Origin: Octopus vulgaris
Taxonomy: Eukaryota
Direction: 5' to 3'
Length of the DNA: 64,000 bases
NCBI GenBank assembly: GCA_951406725.2
Contig: OX597840.1
Location: 23,994,001 to 24,058,000 of the forward strand
Both the position numbers and the translations under genes were made by a program. The notes below the pieces were generated by a model. The model ran no database searches. It was not told where the DNA came from and saw nothing but the letters and a program-made list of their open reading frames with translations. Positions 26,307-37,268 of the stretch are shown here, piece by piece (the first letter of the stretch is position 1; each line of letters begins with the position of its first letter).

Positions 26307-27192
26307 CGCTTGGAAAGATGAGATACAGTATTGAAGGTTGAGGCTAATGATGTGAGGACACAAACCAGCTAACGTGGACAACTGTTCGCTATTTATCTTG
26401 ATGTTCTCTAACAAGTTCAAATGTCGCAAATTTACAGCTTCTTCCCATTTAATCATATCCATCGGAACCTCGATGTTAGACCGAGACAGATCCAAGTTCT
26501 CCATCTCCGACATGTTTTTGAAAATGTTTGCAAAATATGGTTTGGTCGTCAGGTTAGCCATCGGCTTCAACAGAGTCTTCAGGTGGAGGTCGACTTTACA
26601 CAATTCCAATAAAGTTCCGAAGAAGAAAATCCGAGCGGCCGGATCGGCGGCATCGTTTATGGCAAGTTCTTTGATTCTCTGGAAGTTATTTACATTCAAG
26701 ATCAGCGGACTGAGCATGTCTTTCGGTAATCCCCTATGTGGCGTGCCCAGAACGCGTAAACTCTCCAGGTTGCCACAGTAATGAAACAAAGAAGTGTTGT
26801 GAACAAAATTCACCGAAACGGACAAATCCAACTTACAGGTCTCCTGTTTGAAATGGAGACAGAGTTTCTTCAGGTGCCAGAGTGTATTCTGTGCCGCCTT
26901 GTTCCGCATCACTTGTTCCGTTATGTCTGTGATACTGGCGATTGAGCAGGAAAATACTCGGATCAGTTGGTTCTTTGCGAGGATCTGAACGAGTTGGTGA
27001 GATCGGAGTTTGCATTCAATCAGGTGCAGGTCGGTGACCTTCTGGCACTTGAGCACCATTTCGGTAACGACCTGAGCCGGGAGCCAGTAACAGTGGTTCA
27101 AGTTCAGCTTGCAGATATGGTGACAGGAATTGCTTATGATCTCTTTGTAGATGTCTTTGGACATTTCGTGGAAACAACTGAGATGAAGAGAA
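26307..27192 (-). CDS. FBXL18: FBXL18-like coding exon 2 (LRR region, 886 nt)
   Basis: Lies inside ORF 26166..27269. Pyrimidine tract + ctgcag acceptor; donor GCG|GTAGGT (phase 0). LRR motifs KLNLNHCYWLP, ENLDLSRS, RHLNLLEN, SLNLQYC. CYWLP recalls vertebrate FBXL18. Confidence 0.9.
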
Positions 27193-27557
27193 CTGCAGAG
27201 GAAGAGGAAGAGAAAAAGAGAAAGATTAGAAATTGGTAACAAAGGAAATACAGATATATACACACACACGTATACAGAAATGAATAAATAATAATATATA
27301 TATACATATACTCATACATACACCTGAACATATGTATATACAAACATGTTTACATACGTATATATACTCATACACATACATATATTCATACACCTACACA
27401 CATATATATATTCATACACCTACATATCTATATATATACTCATATATATATATATATACATATATTCATCCACACACACATACATATGTATACATGTATG
27501 TGTGTGTTTGTATATCAAAAGGATGTGTTATAATACTATTCCATATGTACAAAAACA

Positions 27558-27607
<50 letters not shown>

Positions 27608-27621
27608 CATACATATATATA

Positions 27622-27935
27622 GGTGCAGGCCTGGCTGTGTATGATAAGAAGCATGGTTCCCAGTTTAGTTCCACTGCATGGTGCCTAGGGCAAGGGTCTT
27701 CTACTATAGCATCAGGTTGACCGAAGACTTGTGAGTGGATCTGGTGAACAGAAACTGAAAGAAGTTCATTGTGCACATGCGCACGCATGTGGCAAGAAGC
27801 TTGCTTCCCAACCACATGGTTCCGGGTTCAGTCCCACTATCTGGCACCTTGAGCAAGTGTCTTCTACAATAGCCTTGGGCCGACCAAAGCCTTATGAATG
27901 GATTTGGTAAACGGAAACTGAAAGAGTCCTGTCGT
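27622..27935 (+). mobile_element. Two tandem SINE family A heads just upstream of exon 2
   Basis: Both match the family A head up to ggaaactgaaaga. Confidence 0.8.
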
Positions 27936-27959
27936 AGTATATATATATATATATATGTG

Positions 27960-28299
27960 AAGGCGCATGGCTCAGTGGTTAGAGCGTCGAGCTTACGATC
28001 GTGAGGTTGTGAGCTCGAATCCCGGACCGGGCTGCGTGTTGTGTTCTTGAGCAAGTCACTTTATTCCACGCTGCTCCAGTTCACTCAGCTGTAGAAATGA
28101 GTTGCGACGTCACAGGTGCCAAGCTGTATCGACCCCTTTGCCTTTCCCTTGGATAACACTGGTGGCGTGGAGAGGGGAGGCCGGTATGCATGGGCGACTG
28201 CTAGCCTTCCATAAACAACCTTGCCCGGACTTGTGTCTAGGAGGGTAACTTTCTAGGTGCAATCCCATGGTCATTCATGACCGAAGGGGGTCTTTACCT

Positions 28300-28300
<1 letters not shown>
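27960..28300 (+). mobile_element. SINE family D (tRNA-like head, ttgtgttcttgagcaag.cacttta core)
   Basis: Head ggcgcatggctcagtggttagagcg...tcgaatccc. Related copies near 38710(-), 56560 (split by a family A copy) and 57880(-). Confidence 0.75.
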
Positions 28301-28347
<47 letters not shown>

Positions 28348-28526
28348 GTAAAAGCACCCACTACACTCTCAGAGTGGTTGGCATTAGGAAGGGCATCCAG
28401 CTGTAGAAACTCTGCCAGATCAGACTGGAGCCTGGTGCAGCCATCTGGTTCGCCAAACCTCAGTTAAGCCGTCCAACCCATGCTAGCATGGAAAGCAGAC
28501 GTTAAGCGATCATGATGATGATGATG

Positions 28527-28626
28527 NNNNNNNNNNNNNNNNNNNNNNNNNNNNNNNNNNNNNNNNNNNNNNNNNNNNNNNNNNNNNNNNNNNNNNNNNN
28601 NNNNNNNNNNNNNNNNNNNNNNNNNN
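28527..28626. other. Assembly gap (100 N)
   Basis: Run of n characters. Confidence 1.
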
Positions 28627-30713
28627 CGTTAAGCGATCATGATGATGATGATGATGATATATATATGTATGTGTGTGTATGTGTGTTTGTACCCCCACCA
28701 TCGGTTGTCAAGTGATGGTGGGGGTACAAACTTAGCGGTTCAGCAGAAAGGACTGATAGAATAAGCACCAGGCTTACAGAGAATAAGTCGAGGGGTTAAT
28801 TTCTTTGACAAAAAGGCGGTGCCCCCGCATGGCCACACAGTCAAAATGACTGAAGCAAGTAAAAGCTATAAAGGACAAAAGACATAGATGTGGATTAAAG
28901 GGGAAGAAAGGGACAGAATGGGATTGACGGAGGGCAGACAGAAGATGAAAGAGGGATCAGCAGAAGATGGAAGGAAATTGAAATGAGGGACAAAAAATAT
29001 ATATAAAGAGGCAGGCAGTCAGGCAAGCAGACTAAAAAAAAGATGCAGAGTGGAAGGGGGAGAGAGAAATGCAGAGGAGGAGAAGGGAGGGAGGAACTAT
29101 GCACTATGGGTAAAAGGGGAAGCCCAGGGAAGAAGGGATTGGAATGTGGGACGCGTACGAATGAGAATTTCAATGAAAAGAAATGAAAAATGGAAGGGGA
29201 ACAGAAATATGGTCGCGATGTGGGTGGAGATTCTATTTTCAATGTGGAAGAATCCATTTAAAAAACAGAAATGTATATCACAACTATTCTGTCACCCCTC
29301 CACCGCCGCCATCGCCGCCACCAACATGAACTCGGCAATTAGCAGCTTTTCATGTATTTCACTCCTACTCCTTCTCACTATCACCTCCTACTCCTACTCA
29401 CTCTCACCTCCTCCTCTTGACAGCAGACGTAGCAACTTTTATTACACATAAAAAAAAGCCAAGAGCCCAGAAGGAAGGGCCTGGCTGTGGTTGTTTGACC
29501 TGCTAGAAATAGCAGCCAAATATTTCCAAATCAGTCTCTTACTTTTCTATCTTTTACTTATTCTCAGCCACTGCGCCGTGGCCATACTGGAGCACTGCTT
29601 TGAAGGCAGTGATGGGTTTTAATCAAACAAACTGACACCCCAGTACTACCTTTTTTTTTTGCTTTTTAAGTCTGGCACATATTTTATCGATAACTTTTGC
29701 TGAACTGCTAAGTTACCGAGGCATAATCAAACGAACTTTCGTTGTGAAGCTGTAGTGGTGGAGGCGGGGAACAACACACACACACACATATGTATATGTC
29801 TATGTGGTTAAGAAGCTTCTTTCTGAACCGCATCCTTCTGGGTTCAGTCCCACTGCATAACACCCCGGACAAGTGTCTTCTACTACAGCCTTAGGTTGAC
29901 CAAAGCCCTGTAAGTAGATTTGGGAGAAGGAAACTGAAAGAAGCCCATCTTGTGCGTGTAGGTGCATATGTGAGTGCGTGCGTGTGTTACTCTCTCCTTA
30001 CCTTGACATCGTAAAATACCTAATCACGGGGGAAATATCATCTTATTTGGAAATGGGTAAGGGTTGGCATCAGGAAAGGTACCCAGCCACAGAAAATCTG
30101 ACTCAGCAAATTCTATCCACCCCTTGCAAGCATGGAAAAGTGGATTGTTAAAACAATGATGATTATATATGATTATATATATATATATATATAGTCACAG
30201 GAGTGGCTGTGTGGTAAAAATGTTGCTTTCCAACAATATGGTTCTGGGATCAGTCCCACTGCATGGCACCTTGAGCAAGTGTCTTCCACGATAGCCTCAA
30301 GACAACCAAAGCCTTGTGAGTGGATTTGGCAGATGGAAACTGAAAGAAGCCTGACATATGTGTGTGTGTATATGTTTGTGTCTGTGTTTGTCCCCCCAAC
30401 ATCGCTTGACAACCGATGCTGGTATCTTTACGTCCCCGTAACTTAGCGGTTTCGGCAAAAGAGACCGATAGAATAATTACTAGGCTTACAAAGAATAAGT
30501 CCTGGGGTCGATTAGCTCGACTAAAGGCCGTGCTCCAGCATGGCCACAGTCACATGACTGAAACAAATAATAAAAAAAAATAAAGGGTTGGTGTTAGGAA
30601 AGGCATCCAGCCGTAAAAACCCTGCCAAAACAGACAGTGAAGCCTAGTACAATCTTCTGCATAGTCTAACCCATGCTAGCATGGAAAATGGATGTTAAAT
30701 GAGGATGATCACG

Positions 30714-30772
<59 letters not shown>

Positions 30773-30773
<1 letters not shown>

Positions 30774-32435
30774 GTCTTAGCAGCAATAAAGGAAATGAAG
30801 CATAATTCAGCAGTAGGTCCCGATAGGTTCCCTGCTTGTGTCTTGAAGATGTGTCAAAACCAACTTGCACCCCCTCTAGCCAATCTGTGGCGGAACTCAT
30901 TGGATGCTGGATATATACCAGAAGACCTTCTATCCCAGTCTGTTGTCCCAGTTTTCAAAAAAGGAAACAAATCGCTTGCCGTGAATTACCGTCCAATCTC
31001 ACTCACCTCTCATATCATCAAGGTATTTGAGAGGGTGCTGAGATCGCGTATGACTCACTTCCTTGAGAGTCATAATATGCTGAACCCCAACCAGCATGGA
31101 TTCCGTAATGGGAGAGATTGCCTGACGCAGCTACTGCATCATTTTGATGACATTTTGAGAGCCTTGGGAGAGGGTTCCAACACTGATGTCATCTACCTTG
31201 ATTTCAGCAAGGCCTTTGACAGGGTTGATCATAAGATCCTTCTGAGAAAGCTGTCCAATATTGGTGTCACTGGAAAGCTGCTGCAATGGATCAAGTGCTT
31301 CCTCTCTAACAGAACCCAACATGTTGTAGTCGAAGGAGTCAAATCCAGCCCAGCCAAAGTCAGCAGTGGTGTCCCACAAGGCACTGTGTTGGGCCCACTT
31401 CTCTTCATCATCTACATAAATGATATTACTGACACCATCAAACACAGCAACATCAGAACCTTCGCTGATGATTCCAAGCTCCAGAAGGTCATCAATGGCG
31501 TGGATGACCGAATAAACCTTCAGTCAGACCTACTAGCTGTTGTCCAATGGGCGGAAAAGAATAACATGTTGCTAAATGAAGACAAATTCGAACTGATCCA
31601 CTTTGGAAGGGAGGACGCTCTGAAACTCCCATACTCTCTTCCTTCTGGAGAAATTCTCATGGCATCCGACAACATCAGAGACCTGGGAGTAACAGTGGAC
31701 AACAACATAAGCTGGGCTACACATATAAGCAGCAAAGTTGACATGGCCCGCAGAATGTGTTCCTGGATTCTCAGAACCTTCCAGTCGAGAGATTCCCACG
31801 CTATTATCCTTCTCTTCTCCACTTTTGCCCGACCCCACCTTGAATACTGCTGTCCACTGTGGTCTCCCTACACAAAACAAAATATTATGAGAATTGAAGC
31901 TCCCCAAAGGTCAATCACAAAAAAGATAGATGGCATGTCAGACCTTGACTACTGGGGTAGACTAGAGAAGCTGAAATTGTATTCACTCCAACGACGCCGT
32001 GAACGCTACATTATCTGTATGATGTGGAAAATATTCCATCAGCACTGTCCGAATGATGTTGGCATCACCTTCAAAATGCATCCAAGGCTTGGACCACGTG
32101 CCATCCGTCCACAACAAAAATCTAAATCGCATCACATAACGACAATACGGCACAACTATTTCACCTCAATTGGACCCGCTCTCTTCAACATTACACCAGG
32201 ACACGTCAAAAAAAGAAACTGACCACACAAAATTCAAGAAGTCTTTGGACAAATTCCTTCAAACAGTACCGGACAAACCATCCACACCCGGATATGTCTC
32301 CGCAAACAATAACTCTCTGCTCGAATGGGCCTTGGTGCCCAAATCCTGAACTGAAAGACTTCGCCAGGTGGTGCTATTAAGTTAGACATGGCCTGGGCCA
32401 ATACTGGCCAAAAACCTTTCTAAGTTATTCTAAGT
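30773..32435 (+). mobile_element. 5'-truncated LINE (CR1/L2/Jockey-group-like) with reverse transcriptase and 3' end
   Basis: ORF 30699..32222 carries RT motifs NYRPISLTS, QHGFR, YLDFSKAFD, GVPQGTVLGP, FADD, RPHLEYC. C-terminus continues after an A7 frameshift to TGA 32347-32349. Tail (TTCTAAGTTA)2. Candidate 12-bp TSD tatatatacata at 30761-30772 and 32436-32447. Confidence 0.93.
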
Positions 32436-32453
32436 TATATATACATACATACA

Positions 32454-32499
<46 letters not shown>

Positions 32500-32741
32500 C
32501 ATATATATACATATATATATACATATACATACATACATATATATATATACATACATATATATACATATATATATACATATACATATATATATACATACAT
32601 ATATATATACATACATATATATATACATACATATATATATATACATACATATATATACATATATATATACATATACATATATATATACATACATATATAT
32701 ATATACATACATATACATACATATATATATATACATACATA

Positions 32742-32796
<55 letters not shown>

Positions 32797-33275
32797 ACAT
32801 ATATATATATACATATATATATACATACATATATATACCTATATACATACATACATATATATATACATATATATATACATATATATATACATACATATAT
32901 ATATATACATATATATATACATATATATATACATACATATATATATACATACATATATATATACATACATATATATATACATATATATATATACATACAT
33001 ATATATATACATACATATATATATACATATATATATACATACATATATATATACATATATATATACATACATATATATATACATACATATATATATACAT
33101 ATATATATACATATATATATACATACATATATATATATATACATACATATATATATACATATATATATACATACATATATATATACATATATATATACAT
33201 ACATTTATATATATATATATATACATATATACATATATATATATACATATATACATATATATATATACATATACA
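32436..33275. repeat. (TA)n/(TACA)n microsatellite, ~840 bp
   Basis: Directly visible. Abuts the LINE 3' end. Confidence 0.95.
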
Positions 33276-33611
33276 TAGATATATGGTGGCGCAATGGCCC
33301 AGTGGTTAGGGCAGTGGACTCGCGGTCATAGGATCACAGTTTCGATTCCCAGACCGGGCGTTGTGAGTGTTTATTGAGCGAAAACACCTAAAAGCTCCAC
33401 GAGGTTCTGGCAGGGGGTAGTGGTGATCCCTGCTGTACTCTTTCTCCCACTCTTTCTTCTGTTGGCCTGCTCGCTTAGCCAGCAGGGTGGCGTCATTCGA
33501 AGGCTAAAACAATGCGGAGCGCATTGTGACCAGCGATGTGTAACATCTGATGGTCTGGTTGGTCACGTGATCACATGTGATATATATATATATATATAAA
33601 TTTATTACAAA

Positions 33612-33688
33612 CAGGGTGCAGCAGAAACGTTGCCCTAATTTCAAATTATTGACCTTTGAAATCAGGGCAACCTTTCTGCCACACCCTG
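33612..33688. mobile_element. Miniature Tc1/mariner-type fold-back element
   Basis: ~34-bp arms cagggtgcagcagaaacgttgccctaatttcaaa / tttgaaatcagggcaacctttctgccacaccctg with a ~9-nt spacer. TA follows the right end. Confidence 0.65.
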
Positions 33689-33911
33689 TATATATATACT
33701 CTTTACTCTTTTACTTGTTTCAGTCATTTGACTGCGGCCATGCTGGAGCACCGCCTTTAGTCGAGCAACTCGACCCCGGGACTTATTCTTTTATAAGCCC
33801 AGTACTTATTCTATCGGTCCCCTTTTGCCAAACCGCTAAGTGACGGGACGTAAACACAGCATCATCAGTTGTCAAGCAATGCTAGGGGGACAAACACAGA
33901 CACACAAACAT

Positions 33912-33964
<53 letters not shown>

Positions 33965-34131
33965 TACGACAGGCTTCTTTCAGTTTCTGTCTACCAAATC
34001 CACTCACAAGGCTTTGGTCGGCCTGAGGCTATGGCAGAAGACACTTGCCCAAGGTGCCACGCAGTGGGACTGAACCCGGAACCATGTGGTTGGTAAACAA
34101 GCTACTTATATATATATCATCATCATCATTT

Positions 34132-34287
34132 AGCGTCCGCTTTCCATGCTAGTATGGGTTGGACGGTTCAACTGGGGTCTGTGAAGCCAGAAGGTTGCAT
34201 CAGGCCCAGTCTGATCTGATGCAGCCTTCTGGCTTCACAGACCCCAGTTGAACCGTCCAACCCATGCTAGCATGGAAAGCGGACGCT
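34132..34287. repeat. 72-bp inverted repeat with 12-nt spacer, made from a family B tail
   Basis: Arms 34132-34203 and 34216-34287 differ at two positions. Confidence 0.9.
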
Positions 34288-34964
34288 TTTATATATATAT
34301 ATATAATGATATATATATAATGATATGTAAAGGTAAGACCCAAGGATCCAGGTGTAGGGAGTTATTAGGCTTCAAGCAGTCGGTAGAATGTATAAAAAGC
34401 AACTTTCAGGAACAATAGTGGTTTATCGATGTAGAAAGTTGCAAATGTTTCCCATATCGATGTTCGATAAGCTGGAAAAAAGTTATTTCACGGTTCACAG
34501 TTAGCAGTTGGGGTTGCTGTGTATATAAACAAAAATCCAAATTTAGGGAACAGAGCTGGTAAAATGTAGGTTACATATGTTTCCTAGCTAGCAGAACCTC
34601 AGAAGTAGTAATTACTCAACGAGGGTGACTCCACCAGCTACTCATCTGGTTGAAGATACCTTAGTTAAATGAAGGTTACACTGTTGTCAAGGGATCCCAA
34701 GTTAACTAACTGGAGATATCATCATCATCATTTAACATCCCCTTTTTTTTTTCCATGCTGGCATGGGTTGGATGATTTGATAAGAACAGACAAAGCAAAT
34801 GGTTCCATCAGGTCCTGTGTCTGCTTTGGCAGGGTCTCTACATTTGGATGCCCTTCTTAATGCTAACCCCACTTAACAGGATATACTAGGGTTTTTTTTT
34901 ACGTAGCACCAGCACCAGTGAGGTTACCAAGTACCCAGAAGAAAAGACCCCTCAACGGAGCAGG

Positions 34965-35124
34965 AATTACAACTGTGTTTCGTGGTCTGCTACCAGAACA
35001 GATCCTTTATAGGATCCAGTTAGCTCAAGACATCATCAGGAGGAACCACGTCCGGTTTTGGCTCCTACTCCTCTACTGTTTTGACGTGGCAGGGCCCCCT
35101 CTTTCGGAGGTGTCTTCAGCTACA
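34965..35124 (-). mobile_element. 160-bp insert with hammerhead-ribozyme-like motifs (Penelope/retrozyme-like)
   Basis: Flanked by direct repeat ggagcagg (34957-34964, 35125-35132). Minus strand reads CTGATGA - long hairpin - CGAAAC acagtt GTA, with a second CTGAAGA upstream. Confidence 0.55.
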
Positions 35125-35340
35125 GGAGCAGGTGTCTTGAAGAGGTAGACACATGGCTTGCCCACCTGGGAAGTGAGAGAGTGAGATGTGAGGTCCAGGT
35201 GGGAAGTAAATATGAGACAGAATAGGACAGAAGAGGGCCAAAGGTGGATGTGTGAATAAGGGCACAAAGTGAAAATAGGGTGACAGATGATTAGAGATAG
35301 GGAACAAGTTGGATGCAGAGGAGATGTTTACAGTGGAAGC

Positions 35341-36050
35341 ATGGCTGCTCCACTAGAAATGTGCACCAAAGGAAAACAAAGAGCGGCGATCTGAGAGATG
35401 GCTATGATGAATCGGTTCATCATTACCATCTTTTGAGCTTGCTGCTGAATCGTCTTGTCAGTGATGGAGGTTGACATGCATCCTGCTCCCTCTGTGTATC
35501 ATGCTTGTCTGGCCACTTTTTACTTCTCAATCCACTCATACCCACTTCTACATGATAGTGCACTGGTAAGGCGGTGATCTGACAGAAACGTTAGCACGCC
35601 GGGCGAAATGCCTAGTGGTATTTCGTCTGCCACTACGTTCTGAGTTCAAATTCTGCCGAGGTCGACTTTACCTTTCATCCTTTCGGGGTCGATTAAATAA
35701 GTACCGGTTACGCACTGGAGTCGATATAATCGACTTAATCCGTCTGGCTGTCCTTGTTTGTCCTCTCTGTGTTTAGCCCCTTGTGGGTAGTAAAGAAATA
35801 GGTATTTCGTCTGCCGCTACGTTCTGAGTTCAAATTCCGAGGTCGACTTTGCCGTTCATCCTTTCGGGGTCGATAAATAAAGTACCAGTTACGCACTGGG
35901 ATCGATATAATCGACTTAATCCGTTTGTCTGTCCTTGTTTGTCCCCTCTATGTTTAGCCCATTGTGGGTAGTAAAGAATTAGGTAGTGCACTGTCCCCGT
36001 ATTGTGCTAAAAGCTTCAGTTGTATTTCAGCACCTGACGCACCTTTAACC
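35341..36050. mobile_element. Rearranged mariner transposase remnant interrupted by a SINE dimer
   Basis: Plus strand 35341-35390: MAAPLEMCTKGKQRAAI. Minus strand (36045-35994, then 35565-35400): GASGAEIQLKLLAQYGDSALSCRSGYEWIEK*...STSITDK, a mariner N-terminal HTH region. Confidence 0.7.
35566..35983 (+). mobile_element. SINE family E dimer (core gcctttcatcctttcggggtcgataaa, Deu/Nin-domain-like)
   Basis: Head plus two ~190-bp body units. Perfect 10-bp TSD tagtgcactg at 35556-35565 and 35984-35993. Domain name is from recall. Confidence 0.85.
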
Positions 36051-36811
36051 AGTGCTTATACTGTAAAGCCAGAAAGAAAATTGGTGCGATCAGGCTCAAA
36101 CTTCGATCATGTGAACCACAATAGCACCAACTATAAGCATGCATGCTCAGAATGCAGTGTGCAGCAAGCTGGCAGAATCGTTAGCATGCTGGGCGAAATG
36201 TTTAGCAGTATTTCGTCTGTCTTTACATTCTGAGTTGAAATTCAACTCATGAGTTGTGACACAACGCTATGAGTTCAAATTCAAGCTGAGGTCAACTTTG
36301 CCTTTCATCCGTTCGGGGTCGATAAATTAAGTACTAGTTGCATTCTGGGGTTGATCTAATCAACTGGCCCCCTCCCAAAAATTTCAGGCCTTGCACCTAG
36401 ATAGAAAAAAAAAGGAAAGCAGCGTAACAATAATAAAGATATGTTATGGTGAAAGTGTGGATAATTTTTGAATTCTCCTAGTGTATATGTATATATCACC
36501 GTGACGACCAGGCTATCAGATGTTGCTACACATCACTGGTCACAATGCACTTCACAATGTTTTAGCCTTCAAATGACGCCACCGCGCTGGCTAAGCGAGC
36601 AGGCCAACAGAAGAAAGAGTGAAAGAAATTTGTGGCAAAAGAGTACAGCAGGAATCGCCACCATCCCCTGCCGGCGTGGAGCTTTAGGTGCTTTCGCTTA
36701 ATAAACACTCACAACGCCCAGTCTGGGAATCGAAACCGCGATCCTACGACCGCGAGTCCACTGCCCTAACCACTGGGCTATTGCGCCTCTACATGTATGT
36801 ATGTATGTATG

Positions 36812-36846
<35 letters not shown>

Positions 36847-36848
<2 letters not shown>

Positions 36849-37228
36849 TAGCAGTATTGCCCGGCGTTGCTCTGGTTTGTAAGGGAAATAACTATAAAGC
36901 ATTTTTAGAGAGTTATAGCCAAAAAATAGCCAAAAAATGGAAAAAAATGATAACTTTTTTTTGAGAGTAAAAAAAGGTGGAGTTGCGTCCCCTAGACAGA
37001 TTGCGGTTTGTGCTTCTGATTCTCGACCCCATGTCGAATTTATCGATTTTTTTCAGAACTGGGGGAACTTTTCGAAATTTTCGCTGCGTTAGTTTTGAAT
37101 TATGACATTGGGCTATGTGTGTGTCAAGTTTCATCAGAATCGGTTGAAAGCCGTGGTCAGGGTGAGGGTTCAAGCAAACAGACACACAGAAACACGCACA
37201 GACAAACTGCCGTTTATATATAGAGAGA

Positions 37229-37231
<3 letters not shown>
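36847..37231. mobile_element. Non-autonomous Helitron/Helentron-like element
   Basis: ACTAG end followed by a GC hairpin (cccggcgttgctctgg). Internal aagtttcatcagaatcgg motif, cagac/acac tract near the far end. Inserted in (TA)n. Architecture recalls Lep1/HINE-type elements. Confidence 0.6.

Positions 37232-37268
<37 letters not shown>

Noticed and set aside
27193-27269. N-terminus of the 367-aa ORF as a real start (and 26166-26306 as its C-terminus)
   Set aside because: These are the intronic polypyrimidine tract and post-donor intron; splice sites with matching phases lie inside the ORF.
30699-30772. ATG start of the 507-aa RT ORF
   Set aside because: Read-through from flanking (TA)n; the LINE is 5'-truncated and lacks its endonuclease.
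32425-33256. 270-aa YI/MC-rich ORFs
   Set aside because: TA/CA microsatellite.
34326-34680. Possible solo LTR (TGT...ACA ends)
   Set aside because: No TSD, second LTR, PBS or internal domain visible; left unclassified.
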